Positions 26,147 through 38,177 of a stretch of 64,000 bases of DNA are shown in pieces. Under the pieces are notes generated by a model that saw only the letters and a program-made list of their open reading frames with translations, had not been told where the DNA came from and did no database searches. The stretch comes from Heterodontus francisci (Eukaryota), in NCBI RefSeq assembly GCF_036365525.1, contig NC_090389.1, positions 36,082,973-36,146,972 of the forward strand, in the 5' to 3' direction. Position numbers and translations under genes: made by a program. The first letter of the stretch is position 1; each line of letters opens with the position of its first letter.

Positions 26147-26860
26147 TCTTCTCTTTCTTTCTTTAGCCTCCTTGTCTTGAGAGACAATGGGTAAGCACCC
26201 AGAGGTGGTCAGTGGTTTGTGGAGCAGCGCCTGGAGCGGCGATGAAGGCCAATTCTAGAGTGACAGACTCCTCCACAGGCGGTGCAGATAAAATTGGTTG
26301 TCGGAGCTGTTACACAGTTGGCTCTCTCCTTGCACTTCTTTCTTTTTTCCTGCCAACTGCTAAGTCTCTTCAACTTGCCACACTTTAGTCCAGCCTTTAT
26401 GGCTGTCTGCCAGCTCTGGCGATCACTGGCAACTGACTCCCATGACTTGTGGTCAATGTCACAGGACTTCATGCCACGTTTGCAGACATCTTTAGAGCAG
26501 AGGCATGGACGGCCGGTGGGTCTGATACCAGTGACGAGCTCGCTGTACAATGCATCCTTGTGGATCCTGCCATCTTCCATGCGGCTCACATGGCCAAGAC
26601 ATCTCAAGCACCACTGGCACAGTAGGGTGTATATGCTGGGGATGTTGGCCGCCTCGAGGACTTCTGTGTTGGAGATACGGTTCTGCCACCTGATGCCAAG
26701 GATTCTCCGGAGGCAGCGAAGATGGAATGAGTTGAGATGTCGCTCTTGGCTGACATACGGCCTCGCTGCCATAGAGCAAGGTACCGAGGACACAGGCTTG
26801 AAACGGACTTTTGTGTTCCGTGTCAGTGCGCCATTTTCCCACATCCTCTTGGCCAGTCTT
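26147..26860 (-). mobile_element. RTE LINE 3' fragment
   Basis: HLRCLRRILGIRWQNRISNTEVL..GHVSRMEDGR and C-terminal CxxC..SRIGL; TSD ggacatt (26140-26146, 26861-26867). Confidence 0.9.
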
Positions 26861-26944
26861 GGACATTATATATATATCAAAAAGAGTAGTGGGCCTACCA
26901 CCAACCTCTGGGGCACACCACTGCACACTTCCTGTCAGAAACAA

Positions 26945-28312
26945 TTAATTAGAATTAGAACATTACAGCGCAGTACAGGCCCTTCGGCCCTCGATGTTGC
27001 GCCGACCTGTGAAACCATCTGACCTACACTATTCCATTTTCATCCATATGTCTATCCAATGACCACTTAAATGCCCTTAAAGTTGGCGAGTCTACTACTG
27101 TTGCAGGCAGGGCGTTCCACGCCCCTACTACTCTCTGAGTAAAGAAACTACCTCTGACATCTGTCCTATATCTATCACCCCTCAACTTAAAGCTATGTCC
27201 CCTCGTGTTTGCCATCACCATCCGAGGAAAAAGACTCTCACTATCCACCCTATCTAACCCTCTGATTATCTTATATGTCTCTATTAAGTCACCTCTCCTC
27301 CTCCTTCTCTCCAACGAAAACAACCTCAAATCCCTCAGCCTTTCCTCGTAAGACCTTCCCTCCATACCAGGCAACATCCTAGTAAATCTCCTCTGCACCC
27401 TTTCCATAGCTTCCACATCCTTCCTATAATGCGGTGACCAGAACTGCACGTAATACTCCAGGTGCGGTCTCACCAGAGTTTTGTACAGCTGCAGCATGAC
27501 CTCGTGGCTCCGAAACTCGATCCCCCTACTAATAAAAGCTAACACACCATATGCCTTCTTAACAGCCCTATTAACCTGGATAGTAACCTTCAGGGATTTA
27601 TGGACCTGGACACCAAGATCTCTCTGTTCATCTACACTACCAAGCATCTTCCCATTAGCCCAGTACTCTGCATTCCTGTTACTCCTTCCAAAGTGAATCA
27701 CCTCGCACTTTTCCGCATTAAACTCCATTTGCCATCTCTCAGCCCAGCTCTGCAGCCTATCTATGTCCCTCTGTACCCTACAACATCCTTCGGCACTATC
27801 CACAACTCCACCGACCTTAGTATCATCCGCAAATTTACTAACCCACCCTTCTACACCCTCTTCCAGATCATTTATAAAAATGACAAACAGCAGTGGCCCC
27901 AAAACAGATCCTCGCGGTACACCACTAGTAACTAAACTCCAGGATGAACATTTGCCATCAACCACCACCCCCTGTCTTCTTTCAGCTAGCCAATTTCTGA
28001 TCCAAAGCTCTAAATCACCTTCAACCCCATGCTTCCGTATTTTCTGCAATAGCCTACCATGGGGAACCTTATCAAACGCCTTACTGAAATCCATATACAC
28101 CACATCCACTGCTTTACCCTCATCCACCTGTTTGGTCACCTTCTCGAAAAACTCAATAAGGTTTGTGAGGCACGACCTACCCTTCACAAAACCGTGCTGA
28201 CTATCGCTGATGAACTTATTCTTTTCAAGATGATTATAAATCCTGTCTCTTATAACCTTTTCCAACATTTTACCCACAACCGAAGTAAGGCTCACAGGTC
28301 TATAATGTTGTA
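26945..28312 (-). mobile_element. Young 5'-truncated CR1 LINE, RT frame open
   Basis: 435-aa ORF 27024-28331 is almost identical to the 47510-48790 copy; TSD agaaacaa (26937-26944, 28313-28320). Confidence 0.95.
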
Positions 28313-31300
28313 AGAAACAACAGTTCACCACACTCTCTGCTTTCTATCCCTTAGCAAATTTCATATCCAGGCTGCCACTGCCCCTTTAATCTCATGGGCT
28401 TCAAATTGCTAACAAGTGGATATAGATTGTCACACTGTGAATAAATGCTGTACATTTGCAAGGCCAAATCTTCAAGTGAATGTGTATTGATTGCACAAAG
28501 TGATTCTTTGTCATGCAGCATGAGCACCAAGTCTGTTGACTTTGTTCATAATGCAACAACACTTGTCCTTCTCCAAGTGAGGAATTAGTTGAGTACTGGC
28601 TGTTATGATGTTTACTTTTAACACCATTTATGATATCTTTCTAATCAAATCAGCCTGCTCATTCTGAATCATGTTTAGGTTTTATGAAATGTAAATCCTC
28701 TCCAAGATATCATTTCATTTGTATTAACATAGCATAATCTTTTTACTTTTATAATCCCTTAACAAGTAGATGCCATTAAATACATTTGAGTTTCTTGTGC
28801 ATTTGATAATAATCATTGGGTAGAATTCCCATGGGAGTTCTCGCAATCTCCCATCATAATTGTGACACAAGATCAGCAGAAACCAAAGAGAAATAGTACA
28901 AATGTTCATACTATTTCACTGGGGTTTACCATCACTTTTCCACTTAAGTAATGGTGGGAAGTTAAGGAGAACAATATGTTGTGACACTGAAGGTCTTGGC
29001 GAAGGGCATCCCAAGGAGGAGGAATGTCCTGCACCTGCAGGGTCCTCTCCCTCTCTCCTACAGCAGCTGGTGCTGCTCTGCCTGGCCTCATGTCTTCCTC
29101 TCATTCTTGTCCAGAGTGAGGGAATCCCCTAGCAAGATGCCCAGGACTAAGCACTCCCTTTCTTCTGGTGACTCCTGTAGCTCAGCATTTACTCTTTTCA
29201 GGTGAAGTACTCAGAGAACTTTCAGAATAAATGGGCCCGATTTTAACTTGGTGCAAGTGGATGGGTTTTGAATGGGTTAAAATCAGGCCTCGTTGCTGGA
29301 GTGTTGGTCAAGTCTTGAAAGAGTGTCCCAGCCAGTCTCCCAATGTGTTTCAGAGGTTCTCTTCACAGTTGCAGCAGCAATGACTATGAAATGGTGAGTA
29401 TCCCTTTAAGTAGTACTTGAAATTGGCATCAACACCGTGTTTACTCCCAAACACCTATTCGTTGTTACAAGCGTGCGTTAGTTGAAGTGCTAGCCACCAA
29501 AATGCCATGCAGCCTCTTTAATGCTAGCAGGCATTATAAATGACAAGTCAGCTGTTTAATGAACCTCCATGTGGTTGCTCCTAGCACTGCCTTCAAATTC
29601 TTTACCAAGGTGGCATCTTGGGCTAAACTGGCATTTCAGCTTCGGACCCCATCTTGGTCACCTCTTTACCTCTTTAGTGCCTGAAGTATTTGGAAAAAAT
29701 TACCCCCTATAGTTTTTACATTACAACTTTAACAACTTCTTGAACAAGTAGTCAAAACCTTGGTTTAATATTTCTTTTTATTTTGTATTGTGCCATGAGG
29801 AATATCATAGTCAAAGGTGACTAATGCTTGCAGAATTTGTGAATTATTGTGTTTTCAATTGAAATATAATTCTAAATGTAGAGTTGATATACATTTCTAA
29901 TATGGGCGTTGAAGAATCACAATGTATCGGAGAAGTCTTTTCAATGGACCAGTGCAAATATACGAGCATTGCCAATATGCTCACAGCAGAATTCCAGCTC
30001 TCAGGTTTTTCCATGTTAAACCAGGAAGAGGACCGCTGAACAGGTATGCTTGTTAGCAGGTCTTAGCTCCCAACAGCATCATGAACAAGCTGGTTCCTTG
30101 GTACTTGAAGGGTTAAAGTAACTTTCTTCAGGTAATTGGAATAATGGATACATCCCCACCAATCTTGATAATTCATTCAAAATGGATATTACCCTTGTCA
30201 TGGAATATCAGATTAACATAGAAAAAACACTCATACTTTGCTAGGCTTTCATTTAGATGTTTAGGACTCAACCCTTGGAAAAAAAATTCATTTCAGTTGG
30301 CAGAATTTGTGTATAGTTGGCATATTCAAATAAGCTTTAAAGCAGGCCTAATTTTGGTGTATAACATGCTGTACAGTACCATGGGAAAATGATCCCTCTT
30401 TATTTGTTCCATCCCTGAAGTTTTAAAGAGCATCCAATTTGCAACAAGCAGCATATAATTACAATAGTTTTTCTAGTAGGTTGTGTTTGGAAGGCATGCA
30501 AAAACATATTGTTATATGGCTTTTCTGTCATCGAGGCAGCCATTAGCAACACGTGTTACAAGAGCAGTTTTGGTGCCATGTATCAGAGTATTGGAGTGAG
30601 ATGCTGGTGTGTTTATAAAATTATGATGTGTAGCAATTATTTGCCTGGAAATATTAATCTTTCTTTTGGATTTTTCCTCCCAGCCTACTTCCAATCAGTT
30701 CAATTAAACTTCCTTTATTCACCCTGAACATAATATTTTAAATATTTCTCTGGATTTGTTCTCTGCTACAATTTTGTTTTTCTCAATATTTCAAGTGTGT
30801 AGTCCTGAAAGCCGCACTAAATCTGAAGTAATCCTTCTTAGTGGACTTTCTGGCTAAATATGTTCAATGTATATTTGTAAGTTAATCAATTTCCCATGAC
30901 CTATTCATATTTATTGCTATTTTTTCCCAGTGATCTACTGCCTGTGTATTGTTAACTTTTAATATTGCAAGATACACATCCACCCAAATCTAGACACAAT
31001 CTAATAGACTGTAGTTCAAGTGAGAAAGGAGATAAAATTATATAAAATCAAATCTAAATGTTGCTGAGAATTGCTCTGTTGGCATGTTATGCGTTGAGAT
31101 CATGGTTTGGTGGAAATATTTATGGCATAAATAAGTGCATTTAATACAATGTAATTTCACTAAGACAAAACAGCTTTCGACATCACACACTGAACCGGGG
31201 CCCATCTGCATACTATTACTTGCAGTTGTATTAATCTGTTTACAGTCAGCATTTATTGAAACCTATTTTTTATCAGAACTAAACTCTGTCCTTTTGTTTA

Positions 31301-32155
31301 TGCAAGTACTATAAACAGAATAGCTTATCTGTTTCCAGGGGGGAAGAATTGACAAAAAGCATGGGACAGGAAAAGGCCAATGAGTCTCCTACATGCCTAT
31401 TTTTGCAGCGATGATTTAATTTCTATCTACTTTATTCATCCTCCAATTCTTCTACTTAAATATAATTCATGGAAAGGCATGTGCTTCTAACAAGTCAGAG
31501 TCAAAAATCAAACCAAGTTAGACATTTTCCTCTACTGCCCAGTAGTATTTTAATGTGCATTCGTTTCTGTTGCATTTCTCTTTTGGCAGGATTATTCTTT
31601 GTGTCAAATTTCTCAATCACACTCAACTTCCTCCACAGTGCATATGTCATTTATATAAAGTCCATGTTTGGGCTTTAACAGATTTTGCCTATATACTGTC
31701 CACAAGATGAAACATTTCCTCTGCTACATTTTTTTGAATCCTCTGTGTTTAATGCCATGCACTGTTATATGAACAAGGAGATATAGATGCTTTCAACATG
31801 AATATAACCAGCTCAGATCCTGGCCAAAACAAACTTAAGTGAAACATCTGATCTTTATTATTTATACACATTGTTGTGCAAAAAAATGATGTTCTTTAAA
31901 GTCTGTAATAAGATCAAAAGCCCACATCTGTTTAGGTTTACCCAACATTGTTCCTTATAACTTAAGTTTTTTCTCTTTTGTCTGGAAAAACCATAGCAGC
32001 TGTTTCTTATCCAAACCTTCAGTTTCCTGCAGTCTGCTGTTAGCAAAGAGGTGGTTTTCAGTCCTGCTTAACCTAATGTTCTTTGCTTTAAACAACTGGT
32101 GTCCTGTTATCCATCATATGACATCCTCTAACGTGCTTTTTGTCTTTTATATTAG

Positions 32156-32314
32156 TTCCACCAGGTCCACCAGGGGGTGTGATAGTGGAGGAGATTACAG
32201 ATACCACAGCTCAACTCTCTTGGAGCCCTGGCATTGACAATCACAGCCCAATTTCCATGTACACTGTGCAGGCACGAACTCCCTTTTCAGTGGGTTGGCA
32301 GGCTCTTAAAACAG
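32156..32314 (+). CDS. Contactin (CNTN3/4-like) exon, first half of the first FN3 domain, 159 bp, phase 1-1
   Basis: Pyrimidine tract ttttttgtcttttatattAG|, peptide [52 protein letters not shown], donor AG|GTAATT. Recognised from contactin family motifs DNHSPI and [11 protein letters not shown]. Confidence 0.95.
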
Positions 32315-32711
32315 GTAATTCCTGCAGTAATATTCAGAAATGGCATGATGAAAACAAGTCTAATTTTATCTTGTGTTATGTGTATATTTTACCAATGAAG
32401 TTGGACCTTTTTATTTCAGATATCCTATTTGATAAAATTTGGAATTATTTATGATAAGATGCATGATTTTGGAATTTTACATTTGTTAACTACCTTATTT
32501 TCTGGATCAGAAACCACATTTCAGGCATTTATATTAACTTCATCTGCAAAAACAATCAACTTGCTTGAACATTTATCGTGAACATCGAAAGGCAGATCAC
32601 CTTGCATGCACTTCACTTCTCAAAAAGGTCAAATGATCTGCATGTTCATTTTAAAGTGACATTCCTAATGCAAATGGTAATAAATACAAGTCTAAATGGG
32701 TCGGTAACATT

Positions 32712-33482
32712 GGGCTGGATCTTGTTTGTCCCCCAGGCGTCAGCTTCCATGGGGTGTGGTGGGGGCTGGTGCCTGAAGATGGCTTTGGATGAGGCCCGCC
32801 ACGGTTCTCGACGCGTGAGGGTCTGAGCTGATCCTCCCGGCGGTGGTGAGGCTCCATGGCGGCCCCTCCCCCCCCCCCCCCACCCTGCCGCTGGGCGACA
32901 GGACCACAAGTAAAATATTCAAATCAATAAAATGAATGAATTAACATACACTTCCCTGCGATCTTGAGGGCCCGCTGTGATCATCATGGTGGTTGGCACT
33001 CCTACGCCTTCAAATTTCCATCCGCTGGTGGGGAGCGGGGGAAGGAGGAAAGATTTTCAGTGGGGGCGCAGGGTCAAATGTGTGCAATGGGGATGGTGGG
33101 AAGGGTTGAACTTTAAACTTTGTGCAGATTGGGGATAAAGGTCAGATGCTAAAGGTAAGTGTTTTGTGGGGGAGAAGGGCAAATAGTTAATGTAATTGTT
33201 ATTGAGGGCTGGGAAAGAGGCATTAGAAATGTATTTAAATTTGGTGGGGGGGGGGTCTATCTTTAAAAATTTATATTAGCAGGACTGGCTGCCCTTTAAA
33301 AATGGCGCCAATGCCTGCACACAGGCAGTTGTTGCCATTGCCGGGGAGGGACAGCCCGCCCCCTCCTACCCTGGCTATTTAAATGAGCCGCCGCGCTTTA
33401 GAGCACAGCGGCTCTTTGGTGTCCCGCCCGGTGAGGTGGGCTGCCATTTTTTGAGCTCACCGGAGATCTTAAAATCCAGCCC
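32712..33482. mobile_element. Non-autonomous PIF/Harbinger-type MITE
   Basis: TIRs GGGCTGGATCTT...AAAATCCAGCCC with a 3-bp TSD ATT on both sides; GC-rich interior. Confidence 0.8.
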
Positions 33483-34439
33483 ATTGTATTAGCTTTGGCA
33501 TTTGAAGACAGATTAGATTTATTTCTAAACCGTTTTCTGCATATCCTTTGCAGTTTTCAGAATTGGTTACATTCTCCCTCATATAATATCTTTGAAAATG
33601 AGTTTCTGTCACTTTGGTTTTAATTCTTGAGCAATAATGTAAAAGATAAAAGCAGAACCGCTGAATATTTTGTTACTTGCACTGATGCACGGGTGCTAGG
33701 AATGTTTAGGTTCAACATAGGTTTGATCTAGTCTTGTTCTGAAATGAATAAGCTATTGGTGTCTTCAAGCATTGCTTTGGAACAGTAGCATGCAGCATCA
33801 CAGAATACTGAGAAATAGAATAATTACTTCACTCCAAGTTTCAATGTCTCTTGCACTGATGTCAGGAGCTGCTAATCAGGCTACAGGGTGAGAAAATCAG
33901 TCAAAAGTACAGGTGACAATAGTGGAGACGTTAAGCAGATGATCGGGCTGTTTTCACAGCCATAGTTGTAGCCCAGGAATGCAGATGGGGAGCAATAATG
34001 TGGGAGTAATATACCCTTAGACATGTATAATTTAAAACAAGTTCAATTACTGGTCTGTGTTAAGTAACCTGACCTCAGCTAGAGTGGCGATAGGAGCACT
34101 ACAATTAGCTTTACGGCTCATGGATTGGCGAGAACAACATCAGCCATGTTCCTGCTCTTGATTGCTACATGATGTCCTGCCACCCCCAACCCCCTCAACT
34201 CCTCTCCATCAGAAGTTCAATTCTTGGCCAAGGACAGAATTTGACTTGACCATGATACTCCTTGCAGATCACTAGCTGATTAATACTCCTATCTCGATTC
34301 ACACCTGAGGAATGACCATTTGAGTGAGGTACTGGACGATGACTGTATTTTTGTGCATTTGCACTTCAACGGGGCATTAATGTTTTTGGTATGAAGGGGA
34401 AGGGAGACAACACTGAAAATTATAAAGGAAAGGTCTGTC

Positions 34440-34740
34440 CATGATATAAAAATAAAATATATTTATCATAAATATAAGATAGTCACTAATAAGTCCAACA
34501 AGGAATTCAGGAGCAACGTCTTTACCCAGAGTTAGAATGTGGAATTTACATTGAGTAGTTGAGGCAAATAGTATAGGTGCATTTAAGGGCAGGCCAGATA
34601 AGTACATGAAGGAGGAAGGAATGTGTGATAGGGTGTTATGAAGTAGGATGGGTGGATGCTCATGTGGAGCATAAACACTAGCATAGACCTGTTGGGACAA
34701 ATGTGTCTGAGCTGTAAATTCTATATAATTCTATGTAATA
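34440..34740 (+). mobile_element. Old CR1 3' end fragment
   Basis: aagatagtcactaataagtccaacaaggaattcaggagcaacgtctttacccagag. Confidence 0.65.
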
Positions 34741-35065
34741 TGAAAGTGCCTTGGAATCCAGATTTTTCTTCATATCCTGCATTTTCACACTGAGATAGCA
34801 TCTCAGTCTATATAAGCATCCTTCCGTAACTCCGCATGTACTTTCTCCATTGTCTTTGATGCTGATTGTAGTTACTTTAGAAGCTCATCCAAGGAAAGAA
34901 TCCAAATGTTTTAATCAAATCCATAATTCATTATGAGTGGGACCAATTTAATTCTTTTTGAAAGGCATTATTATGGTGTGAAAACAGTGGCATTCTAACA
35001 TAAGATTTGTTGGCTATTTACTGCACTGTAATAATACTTTAGGTGAGACAACTGTGTTGTTCTTA

Positions 35066-35207
35066 GGGCTAATGGGTTCAAGGGATACGGGGAGAAAGCG
35101 GGAACAGGTTACTGAGTTTGGATGATCAGCCATGATCATATTGAATGGCGGAGCAGGCTCGAAGGGCCGAATGGCCTACTCCTGCTCCTATTTTTCTATG
35201 TCTCTAT
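35066..35207 (+). mobile_element. CR1 3' tip
   Basis: gaatggcggagcaggctcgaagggccgaatggcctactcctgctcctatttttctatgtctctatg. Confidence 0.8.
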
Positions 35208-36199
35208 GGAGCACTTTTCATGTAGGGTATGGACAGTGGAACAGCCTGTAGTGCTGGCGCTCCTTCCTTTTGGTGGGGTGGCAGCTGCAGACAGCTCCAA
35301 ACATCCATTACAGCTTTACATAAATATTTTATCACAGATCATTATTACAACTGAAATGCATAAATAGGGCTCATTTTGTATCAAGCTAGCACTGACAAAC
35401 AATTTGTCCTTGCATAGGGGTTGTACAGTATTGCCTTGGTCCATTTGTAGTGTTTGTATTTGTGCTGACTTGTTGCATTTCTTTCCTCAAAAATCTTGAT
35501 ATCAGTTATTGCAATCCACTGAGTCAGCTGGTGATTAGCATTGGATAGGGGCTCAGAGCGAGTGAATGCTGATGCTTCACATACCCGTGGTGATAAGAAA
35601 ATGTGATAGCTTCTTGGTATGTGCTCCAGGCTCCGGAATTAACTTGTAGAAACTATCTGATGATCCCGTGGATGTGTCTCATCATCTGTACTTCAAGATT
35701 TTTTCCAGTCTGACAACTGCTGCATTTTGGGGAGACTTTCACTCAATGGTAATGGATAAGTTTCCATTATCTCACCATTGACTCTCCATTAATTTTTCTG
35801 AAGATGTTATTTATTTTTTTGTGATAATGCCATGCTTTACAGCCCACTGTTTAAATAGGAAGAGAAAACATACTCGCCCTCAGCAAATAGGGTTGCATAG
35901 CATCATTATAGATGGCATTGGGAAAATAAGCAGGAGGCCATGAATACAGGATTCATTTAAATAAAGAGTATCTAGCATTGATGTTCCAAGAGTACTGATG
36001 TTCCTAAATCATTGTTGATCTTATGACTCTGTCAGTTAGTTATAATCTTGGAAAGAGGGCAATTTTTCTGTAGCATTATTCTTAAATATTACTTAAGAAA
36101 GGAATTATCTGTTCCAATTTTGATAATGGGACTGCACTTTCTCTATAAGTGGACTACATTTCATATGTTAAAGTTAATATCTCTTGCTTGTACTTGCAG

Positions 36200-36349
36200 T
36201 TCCTGAGGTCATTGATGGTGATGCTGTAACAGCAACAGTGGTTGATTTAAGTCCCTGGGTAGAATATGAATTCCGAGTTGTTGCTAGTAACAGCATTGGC
36301 ATTGGGGAGCCAAGCTTGCCATCTGAAAAGTCAAGGACAGAAGAAGCCC
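36200..36349 (+). CDS. Contactin (CNTN3/4-like) exon, second half of the first FN3 domain, 150 bp, phase 1-1
   Basis: Acceptor cttgtacttgcAG|, peptide (V)[49 protein letters not shown], donor C|GTAAGT. In frame with the previous exon; too short for the ORF track. Confidence 0.95.
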
Positions 36350-36499
36350 GTAAGTGACTGATAATTATTACCGAGAATGTTCTCAATTTCTGCAACTGTG
36401 ATGATTTTACAAACTGCCATTGTTGACCAGGATGCCTTTACAAGGCCCAGACGGTGAAAACAGTGGGGTAATGAAAGGTTAGCCCATAAGGTTATTACT

Positions 36500-37410
36500 G
36501 CAACCTGTATCGTACAATTCTGGTCACCATATTATTGAAAAGATAGAGAGGCACTGGAGTGAGTGCAAAAAAGATTTACAAGGATGATACCAGAAATGTA
36601 GGGGTATACCAATCAGGACCTTGAACAAGCTGGGTCTCTTTTCTCTTGAAAAGAGGGGTGACCTAATAGAGTTCTTTAATACTATGGAAGGTTTTGATGG
36701 AGTAGATATAGAGTGAATGTGTCCACTCAATCAAAACTGATACTCCAGTGCAGCACTGAGGAAGTGCTGCACTGTCAGAGGTGCATCTTTTGGAAGAGAT
36801 GTTAACCGAGGCCCGTCAACCTGCTCGGGTGGATGTAAAAGATATCATGACACTATTTCACAGAAGAGCAGGGGGTCCTGGCTAATATTTAGCCCTCAAT
36901 CAACATCATGAACAGATTATCTGGTTATTATCACAATGCTGTTTGTGGGAATCTGCTGTGCACAAGTTAGCTGCCACGTTTCCTGCATTACAACAGTGAC
37001 TACACTCCAAAAGTACTTCATTGGCTATAAAGCGTTTTGAGATGTCCAGTGGTTGTGAAAGGCCCTATATAACTGCAAGTCTTTTTCTTATACTTGTGGG
37101 GGGGGAAAAAAAGCAGAGGCCATCAATGTAAGATAGTCACCAGAAATCAACTAGGGAATTCAGAAGAAGCTGCTTAAGCCAGAGAATAGTGAGAATGTGG
37201 AAATCGCTACCACAGAGAATAGTTAAAGCGAATAGTATAGATGCATGTAAATAGAAGCTAGATAACTATTTGAGGGAGAAGGGAATAGAGGGGTATGCTA
37301 ATGGAGTTAGATGAGAAAAGTCAGGAGGAGCCTAAAGACTGGCCTGGGTTGATTGGACCAAATGGCCTGTGCATGTGCTGCATATCCTGTGTAATGTAAT
37401 CCTGTGTAAT
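36500..37410 (+). mobile_element. Old CR1 3' fragment interrupted by a SINE
   Basis: caattctggtcaccatatt..aaaaagatttacaaggatgatacc, resuming at ~37090 (tacttgtgggg..aagatagtcacc). Confidence 0.7.
36730..37090 (+). mobile_element. Deu-domain SINE (SacSINE1-like)
   Basis: gaagagcagggg..cagattatctggttattatcacaatgctgtttgtgggaatctgctgtgcac.. with an L2-like tail gtgaaaggccctatataactgcaagtctttt. Confidence 0.8.
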
Positions 37411-38177
37411 CCTAGGGAATTATTTTGTGGTATGCTTTCAAACTTAATCCAAAAACTGTGAAATCCTGTAAAATAATATTGGAGAACATGCAGAATTTTG
37501 GAAAGGGATACAAGATATAATGAGCTCTCTGGTTCTGTCCGAGAAACAGGCCATTTTAAATGTCCATAGGAACATCTCTCAATTCACTAGTTTGATGGAA
37601 TAGAAATTTTTAAAAATGCATAAATAGTATTTTGGAACTTATTTTATATGTATTTACTTATTTTGATGTAAACCATTTTTACAATTATGTATTTTTGGCA
37701 TATACATTATCGTAGGTAATTAATAACTACGTACGGTATTTAAACCACTTACTGAAAGATCTTTACTCCTCTTGTGTTAATTAAAGGTCACAACAATTGT
37801 GCAACAATAGGAAAAGATTTTAACTTAATTAAATGTTGAATCCTAAAGCCTCACCAGAGATACATGATTCAAACCTTTTAACATAATAGTTGGGACCATC
37901 TATCATGCTGCTATATAAACTGTAAGTGCTGTGAATGGAAAGCTGTCAAGAAGTTTCCTGATAGCAGGCACTGCAGGGTGGTCTAGATTTGCAGTTACAA
38001 TCATCTACAAAAACACGTTTCAGCACTTTTGTATGGAATTCCTGCTTGCATCATCTTTTAAAAGCACTGAAACACAGACTTGAAGAGCAAGGGGAAAAAA
38101 CTTGGAATGAAATGTGTTCATAGAAATTCAAAGTGAAGGTTTGTTTTTGACTGGTTGTGAACGCTCTTCTGAAGTTA

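Larger units (their letters stand above)
23545..28420 (-). mobile_element. Old CR1 host element split by three younger insertions
   Basis: Colinear pieces at 23545-24276, 25988-26146, 26861-26944 and 28313-28420 parallel the CR1 at 60626-61660. Confidence 0.75.

Noticed and set aside
26282-27022. 246-aa ORF and similar antisense ORFs over LINEs
   Set aside because: Shadow frames opposite RTE/CR1 coding sequence.
29369-29393. Micro-exon-like segment (ttctcttcacag..aaatg|gtgagt)
   Set aside because: About 25 nt, frame-shifting, not contactin-like, and inside a probable transposon remnant.
1-32155. Upstream contactin Ig-domain exon
   Set aside because: No GDLMI/HAGKY-like peptide with splice sites was found by eye. 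It probably lies outside the window, though it could be missed or fall in the gap.
32140-32454. 104-aa ORF as a standalone protein
   Set aside because: It is the contactin exon read through into intron on both sides.
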